Shown: positions 19,493 through 29,700 of the stretch, one piece after another
Position numbering within the stretch: position 1 is the stretch's first letter
Layout: every line of letters starts with the position of its first letter
Source of the DNA: a virus
Lineage: Duplodnaviria; Caudoviricetes
Strand: one strand, 5' to 3'
Virus record (IMG/VR): IMGVR_UViG_3300025345_000016
Location: 1-52,513 of that record
Length of the DNA stretch: 52,513 nucleotides
The notes under the pieces: model-generated
Seen by the model: the letters and a program-made list of their open reading frames with translations, nothing else
Told to the model about the DNA's origin: nothing
Databases searched by the model: none
Program-made: the position numbers and the translations under genes

Positions 19493-20131
19493 TTAAAAGA
19501 TGAAAATGAGAGAATTTCTAAATTCATCGTATGCAATAATTTTACCTAAAATTAAACCATCAAACAAATCATTTGTTATCGTTAAAAATGCATATTTATG
19601 TTCCCCAATTCTTTCAATAATATTGTTTTCATTATCGGTTATAACATAATTTTTAATTGTAATAAAATAATCACTTTCCTTAAAATCAATAATTTCTCTA
19701 TCTAAAATTTTAATATATCCCTCATTTAATTTATCGGAAATATTTAAAGAATAAATATTGTTTCTTTTTAAATAAAGAAAAGTTCCGAAATTATCATCAA
19801 TTTTGTTAATTAAAATTGAAATTTTTTTTAAATCTTTAAGAGGATTAAATTTATTTTCCGGATATTCATATCCCATTTCGTATTGATTATTTATTTTTCT
19901 TACAACCATAGGAACACAATATTCAACGGTATCATTATTATAAGTTGTTATTTTATAATTTAGAAGAAATAAATTCCCTAAAATACTTTCCTTTATGTTT
20001 TCATTAAATTGAGAATAAAAATAATAACTATCGTTGAAAATTCCAGTAACTAAAACACCAATATAATATGGTTGAATTTTGAGATAATAAATGTTTAAAA
20101 ATACGGATGGACGATAATTAAGTATTTTCAT
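19493..20131 (-). CDS. Hypothetical protein
   Basis: 212-aa ORF overlapping the end of the sigma-like gene. Confidence 0.75.
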   Translation of the reverse strand: MKILNYRPSVFLNIYYLKIQPYYIGVLVTGIFNDSYYFYSQFNENIKESILGNLFLLNYKITTYNNDTVEYCVPMVVRKINNQYEMGYEYPENKFNPLKDLKKISILINKIDDNFGTFLYLKRNNIYSLNISDKLNEGYIKILDREIIDFKESDYFITIKNYVITDNENNIIERIGEHKYAFLTITNDLFDGLILGKIIAYDEFRNSLIFIF

Positions 20132-20885
20132 AATTATTCATAATGCAATTTATCGAATTTTCATCAAGAAGTAATAAAAGTAAACATGAAATATAATCTT
20201 CTTCGGGAACATTGGGAACATTGTTATTTAAAAATTCAAGAACGGTATAAACACAAGGACAAGTTTCTTTTTCTTCTTCCATTTGATAAGTTATATTTTC
20301 GTTATCGTCAGAAATAATAACATCTTCCTCGTCCATAAACTCACTTTTATTAAGATAATTTTTTTCTTTGTTTATTTTTATATCACCAAATGAAACAACA
20401 TTTCCGGGTCCTTTATAATAAAGTAAAGAATATATATTTCCTTCAATAAATTTTTCGGCATATCTTAGAAATCTCGCATCCCATTCATTATCAACTTTAA
20501 AAGTATTAAGTGCCTTTATCATTCCTAAAATGGCAACACCTATAATATCAGATAAAGAAACTGATGTATCTATTCTTTTCATAAATCCCCTTTTTGCCTT
20601 TAAAATAATAAAATAAATATTTCCAAGAACTATCCTTTCAATGTATTCCTTCATTTTTTCTTTATCGCCAATACTTTTGTAATAGTTATATTTTTTAACA
20701 TATTCTAATTCTAATTTCTTTCTTTCTTCTGGTTTTAGTTCATGAAAAAGAACATATCCTTTTTCTTTAATATAATTTTCAAGATACAAAATATATTCCT
20801 TGTCTTCTTTTGAAATGGTAAGATCAGGTGAATCATATGTTAAACGAGAAATGATTTCGGATTTCCTAATGGGAAGTTTGTTCAT
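20118..20885 (-). CDS. Sigma70-family factor (region 2; region 4 not evident)
   Basis: ERIVLGNIYFIILKAK...SLSDIIGVAILGMIKALNTF...RFLRYAEKFIEGNI matches the region 2.1-2.4 pattern. Confidence 0.75.
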   Translation of the reverse strand: MNKLPIRKSEIISRLTYDSPDLTISKEDKEYILYLENYIKEKGYVLFHELKPEERKKLELEYVKKYNYYKSIGDKEKMKEYIERIVLGNIYFIILKAKRGFMKRIDTSVSLSDIIGVAILGMIKALNTFKVDNEWDARFLRYAEKFIEGNIYSLLYYKGPGNVVSFGDIKINKEKNYLNKSEFMDEEDVIISDDNENITYQMEEEKETCPCVYTVLEFLNNNVPNVPEEDYISCLLLLLLDENSINCIMNNYENT

Positions 20886-20888
20886 ATG

Positions 20889-21406
20889 TTAAATTTTAAT
20901 GAATGAATATATTTCATTTAAAATTTTTTTTATTCTATTGGTTAAATTATTATTTTTAATAGTTAATTTAAAATCCTGTGAATTCATGGTAAATGGAATA
21001 AGTATAAATGAATTATTGGTTCCATAATTTTCTTTTACGATTTTATATCCATTTTCTTTTAAAAAATTAATATAATTTTCTTGTGTATTATATGTTAAAA
21101 TCAGTAATTTATCTTCATCATTTAATTCCGTGTTAAATATTTTAGTAGGAAGTGTGTAGTGTGTTTCATGTTTTTTAAATTTCGGAAGTAATTGTTCAAT
21201 ATAGATTTTTTTGAAATATTGATAAGAAAATGGGATGATAATTTTTATGGGGAAATCATTGGATAAAAAAAATCTTCGGATAAATAAATATTTCTTATTT
21301 CGGTTAATATTTTATCAATTTCTTTATCGTATTGAAAGTATATTCCGCCTGCAGTTAAATAATTTTCTTTTTGAATATAAAGATAAATTTTAGATAACTT
21401 CTTCAA
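20889..21406 (-). CDS. Split ORF (TTG start) joined by -1 shift at a T8 run, or a frameshifted gene
   Basis: MKKLSKIYLYIQ...SEDFF then stop; the -1 frame carries about 125 further codons with no suitable start. Confidence 0.5.
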
Positions 21407-21695
21407 GGGCCTTTCTTATTCTATTTAAATCATTTTCAAAATTGTGTTGAATTTTTCTTGGATTGTTATTTCTTTCATCTGTTATTGATCTAAATGAAGA
21501 ATATTCTTGTATTAATGAGGAAACTTTTTTAAGTTCTTCGTTTTCTTTTTTTAGTTTATTCAATTCATTTTCTAATTTAATTGCAATTTCTTTCCAATAT
21601 TGTAACTCACTTTCTTTTTTATTATATTCATCTTTTAATTGATCTAAAAGGGCATATATTTGAGATTTAAATTCTTTAAATTCCTCGTATGTCAT
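21390..21695 (-). CDS. Coiled-coil protein, scaffold-like
   Basis: 101 aa, charged heptads; CACATT 10 nt upstream. Confidence 0.7.
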   Translation of the reverse strand: MTYEEFKEFKSQIYALLDQLKDEYNKKESELQYWKEIAIKLENELNKLKKENEELKKVSSLIQEYSSFRSITDERNNNPRKIQHNFENDLNRIRKALEEVI

Positions 21696-21719
21696 ATCAT
21701 TAAATAATGTGTTGTTATT

Positions 21720-23858
21720 TTAGAGTTTAGAAACATTTTCACGAATAAAGTGATGTCTATATTTAGGATCATTATAATATCTTTCTATTATAATATCTAT
21801 TCCTTCTGTCTTTATTTTATTCGGAGAAATATTTTTCCCCTGTTCTTTATAAATATTACTTAATATTTTTTTCATTTGATAAAGACTTAATTCACTTAAT
21901 CTTACCAGTTTTCCTTTATTTTTTTCTTCCTGTTTCATCGTCGTTTCTTGTTGTTTTCTTTGAAGTTCTTTTTGTTTCTTTCTTTCTTCTTCCTCTTTTT
22001 TCATTCTTATTTCTTGTAGTTTTTCCTCGTGTTCTGTATAATATCCTTCTCTTTCTAAGAAATGATGCAATTGTCTTGCATTATCTATATTTTTCACGGA
22101 AATCATTGGAAAATCATTAATCGCATTTTGAGGTAATATATTTTTCACCCTATTTCTTATTGTTCGATTTTGCAATATATCTTTTGCCATTGACATACCG
22201 TAATATACATTACTTGTATCATAAATAAAAACATGGGGATCGATATCATCAGTTATTTTTACTTTTTTATTTTCTATAAAATTGATTGCTTTATTGAGAT
22301 TATTAGGATCTTTAAAGTGTTCGAGAATTTTATTCATTTTATCAAAATGATATTGTTTTTCTTCATCAGAAAGATTCATTTCATTCATTTTCGCTTTTAA
22401 AGATTTAAAGGAATTTTTTAAACCTTCTGCATTATTTTCCATTAATTTCTTCATTAATTTTTCCGTATTGACTTCATAAATATTGGTTAAATATTGATGT
22501 GTCCCTTTCGTATCTTTAATGGCATTCGCAATTTTATTAAAATCTTTATTTTTTAAACCTTCAAAAAATCTCCTATCTCCACTTTCTTTTAATTCTGACA
22601 TAATATTATATAATCCTCCTTCTTTTATTTGAAAACCAACATGTTTTCCAATTCCGTCCCATATATCTTTACTAGGATCTTTCATATTTTTTAGAACATT
22701 ATTTAAATTCAATTCAAATTCTTTTTCTCCAATACCAAATTTATGTTTTAATAAATCACCACTATGAAATACACTTCCAACTAATTTATCTATAAATGAT
22801 GCCTCTTTTCCGAATAATTGTAAATGTTTATTATTATAATCTTCATTATGTTTCATATATTTATATCCGGCAAATCCTAATGCACCCATTATACCCAAAC
22901 CGGCAAGAAGTGCCAGAACGGTTCCAGCACCTGCAGTTTTAATATTATTTTCATAATCAAGAAAATTAGAAGTTTTGTTAAGTGTATAATAAATCAATAA
23001 TGGAGATAAATTAATATTGTTTTGTGGTAAATCATAAGGATTAATTAAGTGCGGTAAAATGTAAGATAAAGTATTTTCATCAATATATTCGGAATGTTTA
23101 TAGAGATAATTGGCAATATATTCTTCATCATTAACATAATTTAATTCTAATAAAATATCGGAAGAAGTTTTCTTATTTTTACAATGTTTTTCATATAACT
23201 TTCTTGCCTTTCTTTCAACATTTTCATATTTATGTTGTGCGGCCCTTGTTATTGCGGCCCTTATTAAACCGCAATGATATTTTCCTGTTGTTGGATCTTT
23301 AACGGGAAATTTTCTTTCCTTTGGCATTAAAAAGTAGTGTGCCGGCATTTTTTCTCTTTCGGATTTACTTTGAATTTTTTCTTTAATAGATTTTGGAATC
23401 AATTTTTTTTCGGATTTTTTTAAATTTTTAATAATATTTTTTATTTTTTCCACTCTTCTTTCGGAATATTTTGAATACATAATATCTTGTGCGGTTTCTT
23501 TGTAATTTTTATATTCAGATGTTTTATTTAATGTTTGTTGTTCTCTTAATTGTTGTAATATTTGGGGTGGAATTAATCTTTCAATATATTTACTTTCAAG
23601 GGGATATACTTCATCTTGAACTTGTAAGAATAGAAATTTACAATAAGAATAATCCGTTACGAATGGAATATATCCAAGATTAATATTTTCATCTTGAACA
23701 GGAAGATATAATACAACATATCCAAAAGATTTATTTTCATCTATAATTACTATTTCTATATCTTTTTCAACGGGTAAATTATAAAGTATTTTATTAAGAC
23801 TTGATGAGACGAGGGAATTAATATATTCAATAACTTTTTCTTGACTTTCGAAATTCAT
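21720..23858 (-). CDS. Putative internal virion protein with DUF6582-like module and hydrophobic helix
   Basis: REKMPAHYFLMPKERKFPVKD...RAAITRAAQ module; AGAGTVLALLAGLGIMGALGFAGY segment; repeated KT[SA]. Confidence 0.6.
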   Translation of the reverse strand: MNFESQEKVIEYINSLVSSSLNKILYNLPVEKDIEIVIIDENKSFGYVVLYLPVQDENINLGYIPFVTDYSYCKFLFLQVQDEVYPLESKYIERLIPPQILQQLREQQTLNKTSEYKNYKETAQDIMYSKYSERRVEKIKNIIKNLKKSEKKLIPKSIKEKIQSKSEREKMPAHYFLMPKERKFPVKDPTTGKYHCGLIRAAITRAAQHKYENVERKARKLYEKHCKNKKTSSDILLELNYVNDEEYIANYLYKHSEYIDENTLSYILPHLINPYDLPQNNINLSPLLIYYTLNKTSNFLDYENNIKTAGAGTVLALLAGLGIMGALGFAGYKYMKHNEDYNNKHLQLFGKEASFIDKLVGSVFHSGDLLKHKFGIGEKEFELNLNNVLKNMKDPSKDIWDGIGKHVGFQIKEGGLYNIMSELKESGDRRFFEGLKNKDFNKIANAIKDTKGTHQYLTNIYEVNTEKLMKKLMENNAEGLKNSFKSLKAKMNEMNLSDEEKQYHFDKMNKILEHFKDPNNLNKAINFIENKKVKITDDIDPHVFIYDTSNVYYGMSMAKDILQNRTIRNRVKNILPQNAINDFPMISVKNIDNARQLHHFLEREGYYTEHEEKLQEIRMKKEEEERKKQKELQRKQQETTMKQEEKNKGKLVRLSELSLYQMKKILSNIYKEQGKNISPNKIKTEGIDIIIERYYNDPKYRHHFIRENVSKL

Positions 23859-25450
23859 TCTAATAAAAATGTGATTAAAGTGAAATAAGTTTCGTAATAG
23901 GGAATGAAAATGGCAATTTTGGGATTAGAGGAAACTTCCATTAATAATTTTCTTATTGGTTGTTGATAAAGTTCTTTATATTTTGCGAGTCCCATTAAAG
24001 ACCAGTCAACACCATACATAAGTGTTTTTTTACGATTTTCTTCTTTTGAAGGAACGGCAAAATATCTTATGATTTTTACTTCTTTGGGAATAGAATTTAT
24101 TCTTATGATTCTTGCCTCGGTTTGTTTTTGTTTTTCAGGATTGGGATGCGGATCCATAATTAACATATGTGTTCCCGTATTTAAAGATATTCCTTCAATA
24201 CCGGCCGGGGATATCAACATAACTCTTATTTTTCCCGAATTAAAATCTTTAACGGATTGATCTCTTTCTTCTTTACTTGCATCACCGGAAAATAAAAATG
24301 CATTAATTCCCTTTTGTTCCAATCCTTTCAATAAAGGAAGCAATCCGGCGTTTATAAATGAACCATATACAACAACTCTATTATTTTCATTTTCGGCAAG
24401 TATATTTTCAATATCTTCAATCATTTTTTTAATTTTCGGAGAATATTTCCATTCATCTTCCAATTTAATATCGGGATTTACAAGAGAAACGGAATTGGTA
24501 ATTTGTCTTAATCTTGTAAAATTAACTTTAAATATTTTTTTTAATACTTCATTGGGAACGCCTTGTTGTCTTAATTTATGCAGTTCTTTAAATGATGCAT
24601 TAACATAATTAACGAAATATTCTTCTTGTTCGGGAGACATATATACTTCAATATTTTCTTCAATTTTTTTGGGCATTTTATGTTTAAATGCATCAATATC
24701 GATATAATCAAAATGATTTTTAATGATTTCACCCAATTCTTGAATTCTTTTAATATTGTATAATGGAGGTATGTTTTCGATTTTAATTTTCCCTTCGGCA
24801 AGTGATTTAGCAAATCGCGATCTATCTTGTTTTTTAAACATTCTTTTTTTAATAGGTTGTATAAATTCTTGTGCAAATTGTTTGTAATTATTTCCATATG
24901 GAAATTTATCTCCTAAAAGAACATGTAAATATACACCTAATTCTTCCGGACGATTGTTGATAATACTTCCTGTTGCAAGTACTAAATTTTTTATTTTTTT
25001 GGATATTTCGAATAATTTTTGTGTTAATTTAGATTTTGGATTTCTATAATAATGTGCCTCATCAATGATAATGGTATTATAAAGACCAGAATCAACCAAT
25101 TTATCACCATATTTTCTTAAAAAATCATTAGAAATGACATGTATATGATTATCATCATTAATGTTTTCTAAGTCCTTTTCGTTTAATAATTCTCTTACTT
25201 TTATTCCTTCTGACATGGTTTTAACGGTGTTGGTAAAATTTCCCATTAATGATTTTGGTGCAACAAAAATGATTTTTTTATCCGGTTCTTTCTCCAAAAG
25301 ATATTTAGAAAGTGCCAACATTGAAACAGTTTTTCCGGTTCCCATAGTATGTGCAATAACATATCTTAAATTTCCATTTTTTTCATATTGATTTTTTATT
25401 TTTTCTAGGAGATATTCTTGATGAGGATGAAGAACAACATTGATTTTCAT
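23855..25450 (-). CDS. SNF2-family (SF2) helicase
   Basis: HTMGTGKT, IIIDEAH, ATGS, GIEGISL, QTEARIIR; start reassigned to ATG 25450. Confidence 0.9.
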   Translation of the reverse strand: MKINVVLHPHQEYLLEKIKNQYEKNGNLRYVIAHTMGTGKTVSMLALSKYLLEKEPDKKIIFVAPKSLMGNFTNTVKTMSEGIKVRELLNEKDLENINDDNHIHVISNDFLRKYGDKLVDSGLYNTIIIDEAHYYRNPKSKLTQKLFEISKKIKNLVLATGSIINNRPEELGVYLHVLLGDKFPYGNNYKQFAQEFIQPIKKRMFKKQDRSRFAKSLAEGKIKIENIPPLYNIKRIQELGEIIKNHFDYIDIDAFKHKMPKKIEENIEVYMSPEQEEYFVNYVNASFKELHKLRQQGVPNEVLKKIFKVNFTRLRQITNSVSLVNPDIKLEDEWKYSPKIKKMIEDIENILAENENNRVVVYGSFINAGLLPLLKGLEQKGINAFLFSGDASKEERDQSVKDFNSGKIRVMLISPAGIEGISLNTGTHMLIMDPHPNPEKQKQTEARIIRINSIPKEVKIIRYFAVPSKEENRKKTLMYGVDWSLMGLAKYKELYQQPIRKLLMEVSSNPKIAIFIPYYETYFTLITFLLE

Positions 25451-25457
25451 TTTAGTG

Positions 25458-25475
25458 GGTCCCCAAGAGGGGACC
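25458..25475. terminator. GC hairpin after the 40-aa basic ORF
   Basis: GGTCCCC-AAGA-GGGGACC; no clear U-tail. Confidence 0.5.
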
Positions 25476-25486
25476 AAGAGGAAAAT

Positions 25487-25609
25487 TTACTTTCTACCCT
25501 TCTTTCTTCCCCTCTTTCTCTTTGCTTCTGCTTCTTTTCTACTAGATTTCTTCTTTTTCTTTCTTTTTTCTTCTTCACTTACTTTTGTAGATTTTCTTTT
25601 GAGTTCCAT
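25487..25609 (-). CDS. 40-aa extremely basic peptide
   Basis: MELKRKSTKVSEEEKRKKKKKSSRKEAEAKRKRGRKKGRK; strong SD GGAGGTGA; below the ORF-track cutoff. Confidence 0.75.
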   Translation of the reverse strand: MELKRKSTKVSEEEKRKKKKKSSRKEAEAKRKRGRKKGRK

Positions 25610-25664
25610 ATTTCTCACCTCCGTTTATTATTATTTTCTAGTTTTCCCTCTAGTTAGTCCCTTT

Positions 25665-25823
25665 TTATTTAATGGGAGGGATTGTAATTGCAGTGTTATA
25701 ACCTCCACCTCTTCTTCTGGATCCAATCGGTATTTGTATTCCCAAAATAAATGATAGTATTCCTTTTATTTTATTACTATAACCAAAAATATAATAAATT
25801 CTTGATTTATATGTTCTTTGCAT
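25665..25823 (-). CDS. 52-aa hypothetical protein
   Basis: MQRTYKSRIYYIFG...TIPPIK; GACATT 10 nt upstream of the ATG. Confidence 0.55.
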   Translation of the reverse strand: MQRTYKSRIYYIFGYSNKIKGILSFILGIQIPIGSRRRGGGYNTAITIPPIK

Positions 25824-25840
25824 ATCATTTTAAAATGTCA

Positions 25841-26578
25841 TTATTGTGCGTATTTTTGATATAAATATCTGTCGTCAAATTCGGGATAATCGGGATTAGG
25901 TATGGTTCTGACGAATCCTACAATACATTGAACTTGTGCTTGAACGGTTGCGGCCTCGGCCGTCAATTGTATATGTGGAGACCAAGTCATAGGATAACAT
26001 CTTTCAAGATAAAATTGTGCAATAGTCATACCGGCACCGCCAGGTATAACAAGTGAATTTCCAGGAGTATCTACAATATTTTGATATGCGATATATAAAC
26101 CAAATGGATGATAAAATAATGTAGAATACGGATTAAAAAATATTCCGGCAGAATTTGGAGATAAAACGGTGGTATCAGGCATATAATTAGGTGGAAATGC
26201 ATTGGGATCCAATTCATTTGTTAAACGATTATTATCTTGGTCATAAATTAAATAATATGAATAAAGTGATTTCAAGAGGGAACCTCTTACGGTAAATGTT
26301 CCCGAAAGAACACCTATCATTAAAGGCATTTGTGCAGGAAGAACATGAACCCATAAAGAACCTATTTCTCTAAATGGCATAACACGATTGGTTTGATTCA
26401 TGACTTGAACAAACGATAATAATCCTATTGGAATAATATCAACTTTTGTTGCATTAGGAGGAATAATCGCGGGACCACTTCCTACAAATGAAGAAGTTCC
26501 ATATACATATTCTATTGGTAAAGGCGATGATTGAACCGGTGATTGTCTCCAATCGTATGGATTTAATATATTAAACAT
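25841..26578 (-). CDS. Tail tube protein
   Basis: PIGLLSFVQV...FREIGS...YLERCY pattern typical of large myophage tube proteins. Confidence 0.6.
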   Translation of the reverse strand: MFNILNPYDWRQSPVQSSPLPIEYVYGTSSFVGSGPAIIPPNATKVDIIPIGLLSFVQVMNQTNRVMPFREIGSLWVHVLPAQMPLMIGVLSGTFTVRGSLLKSLYSYYLIYDQDNNRLTNELDPNAFPPNYMPDTTVLSPNSAGIFFNPYSTLFYHPFGLYIAYQNIVDTPGNSLVIPGGAGMTIAQFYLERCYPMTWSPHIQLTAEAATVQAQVQCIVGFVRTIPNPDYPEFDDRYLYQKYAQ

Positions 26579-26597
26579 ATCTTTCTTTCATTTAATG

Positions 26598-26735
26598 TCA
26601 TTTTTTCTTTAAAGATTTTATTTCATCTATTATCTTTTTAAGTTCATTAAGATAACGAATTAATTCTTGTCTGGTTTGTTCATTTTTAATGGAAAATACA
26701 ATAAATTTTTTACGGTCTTCTCCTTTGGACATCAT
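26598..26735 (-). CDS. 45-aa hypothetical protein
   Basis: MMSKGEDRKKF...KSLKKK; fills the gap and overlaps the upstream stop. Confidence 0.45.
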   Translation of the reverse strand: MMSKGEDRKKFIVFSIKNEQTRQELIRYLNELKKIIDEIKSLKKK

Positions 26736-29700
26736 CAATGGTGAAAACATCATTCCTAAATGTGATATTTTTAAGTATTATACTTTTTTCTGATTGAGAA
26801 TTAAAATATGCGATTTCCAAATCATTAGAATTTTTCTGTAATGTTTTTATAAATCTTTCATCAACTTTAATAAAAGTATTTTCTGTAAAATGCGTTATTC
26901 CTATTTCAATACTTGGTGCATATATTTCTATCATTTTATCATAAAATAGTTTTCTTATTCCTATGTGGTTTTCGTATTTAATTCTTTCTTTCCAATCATC
27001 AATTGTTAAATCATTTGATTGTTCTATAATCTTTTTAATTGAATATAAATTACTTAAATCTATTTTCTTTAATTTCCAATCAAAGAAATATACATCTTTA
27101 TTGTCTGTTTTAATAATATCGGAAAATAATGGTTCAACAAATGGTATAATGGTTTTAAACGATTCTAATTGATAAGTATTTAAGAGATTATATGAATAAT
27201 ACATACTATTTATGGTATATTGCAAAGAAATTGATTTTAATATTCCGCCATATATTCCAAATCCAGGAATATTAAAATATAACGGAAATGATATATATGG
27301 TTGTTCTCTTAATGGAGTGGTAATAAATCCGATATCGGAATATGCAAAAGATCTCCAAAAATCATATAAATATTGTGAATAAACATATAACATTAATCCA
27401 TATAATCCTCTATCTTTAATGATTTCATTATTGGATGTCCAACCGGAAGATATACTTAATGTTATTAAATCTTCGGTTGCAGTAAAATTAATATATGGAA
27501 GACGATAATATTCTATTGCGGAAAATTTGGTTACAAAATCGGTTGGCAATGTTGTTATATTTTCTAATTCATCAAATGTTTTGACAACTTTAGATAATGG
27601 AAGAATAATAAATAATGGAGTTGACATGATATTTAAGAGAATGGCGGTTGTTGTCGGAACACTGGAAATATAATTGAAATTAACGGAAGATTGTGCAATA
27701 TCAACATTTAATAAGTTATTTTTTACGGGAAATAATTGTGGAATATAATTATTTACATTTAATGGAACAAGGGGGTAATCAAGAGACGGAATAATAGAAT
27801 ACATTATAATACGATTTTTATATACTTTGGGAGGAAAAACGGTTATACGATAATTAAGTAGTTGTAATAGATTGGAAACAAGTGTTCCAATACTGTATAT
27901 ATTTTCCTTAATATCAAAAATGGATAAATTACTTATAATACTTTTTGATAAAATATTATACATTGAAACTTTTTTAGGAAATAATATGGATTTTAATACG
28001 AAATTTCTTAATTTTGTGAAATAAACAAATGGAAATTCAACTAATTTAGTGTTTTCATTTATTTGCGATAATTGTGATATTTCCGAATCACTTACGAAAT
28101 ATGAAATTATACTTTCATATATTTCAAAACTTTGATAATTTAAATTACTTAAAAATATGTCTAATTTTTGTTTCAATTTATCTTTTAATTTTTGTAATTG
28201 TTGGTTATTATTTAAAACTTCATTTAATAGTGATTCTTGATCTTTACTGAGATAAACAACTCCAAAATTAGATTTTAAATCTAAACCCAATTCTTTAGAT
28301 ACATATAAAACTCTAGATAAATATCCTCTTAATTCGTTCTTTTCAAGTAAAATATTTTTATTTGTAAAACCGATATAAGACGCAATCGTTTTTAATAAAT
28401 CATTGTTATTACTTTTCATTTTTTCTTGGAATATTTCATTTCCTATTAATAAATCAAGGGCATATAATTCTTGTTTATCCATTGATTCTAGTCTATTAAT
28501 AAAATCTTGTTCCAAAAGTATATAATTTCTTATTTTTTGTTCTAAATCGGAATCAGTTTTAATATTCTTATTTTTTATGTTATTTTTCATGCACTCAATT
28601 CTATTTTCGAGATTACTTTCCTTAAAGGCGATTTTACCATTTTTATCCTGATAACATCCTATAATATCAAAATTATATTTTTTTAATTTATCTCGTTCTT
28701 GTTTTAGATTATTATACGACTCTTCCAAATCTAAATCGGGATATCTAATAGAAAGATTTTTTATATATTTCCCAATTTTATCAATATTTTGAAATATGAT
28801 AAATTGTGAAAATCCATATGCACCAGAATTATTTAATTTTCTTTGATTTAATCTAAGAGAAGTTTCTCCCGCCCAAATACCTAAAATAATTTTCGCATTA
28901 TCAGTTAATTGATTTTCATTATCTAATAATCCTGCATTTATTAAATCTTTATTTAAAAAGGAATTTCTATCTTGGATATAAGGAAGAATACCATACAATC
29001 TATTTACAAGTATTTTCTTTTCATAATCTTTTATTTCATTACTTAAATCCGTTTCGGTTATAAAAAGATTTCGCACAAAATTTTTAAATTTCACATCATC
29101 ATTAATGATACTTTTTATTTCACTAACAAAACTTTCAAATTCTTTATTATTGTTGTATAAATATTGTATTCCACTTTTGTTAATAACATAATATAAAGTA
29201 TTTTCAATATCTCCTCCGTAAATCGGTTTGAATAAAAGAGAATTTATTATATCATCGATAACGGTATCAATTTTTTCTATAATAACTTCTTTTTCTTTTG
29301 ATTTGTTTATAACATTATAATAATTAAAAAATTCTGAAATGTTTAATTTTTTGTTTATAAAAAATCTTGATGTTTTATCTCCGGTTTCAATAATTCTTAA
29401 ATTTGAAAGTGATATATAAAAAGTGTTTTCATCTATTTCTTCTGTTGTTAAAAAATCATCAATAGAAAATTGAGGACAAATATCTTTTAAAGTTAAATTT
29501 TTCCTTTCTTCTGTTTTTAAAATACTTGTATCAAAATTTTCATTATGTTGTAATTGTGAATCCCTTTTGATGTCAATAGTGTATGCACCTATATGAACTA
29601 ATAATTTTTTGAATACTTGTGATATATCTTTCGTATCTAAAGACTCTAAAAATATTTCTTGAATTACTTGTGCAAGATTTTTTTGAAATGTTGTTGTATA

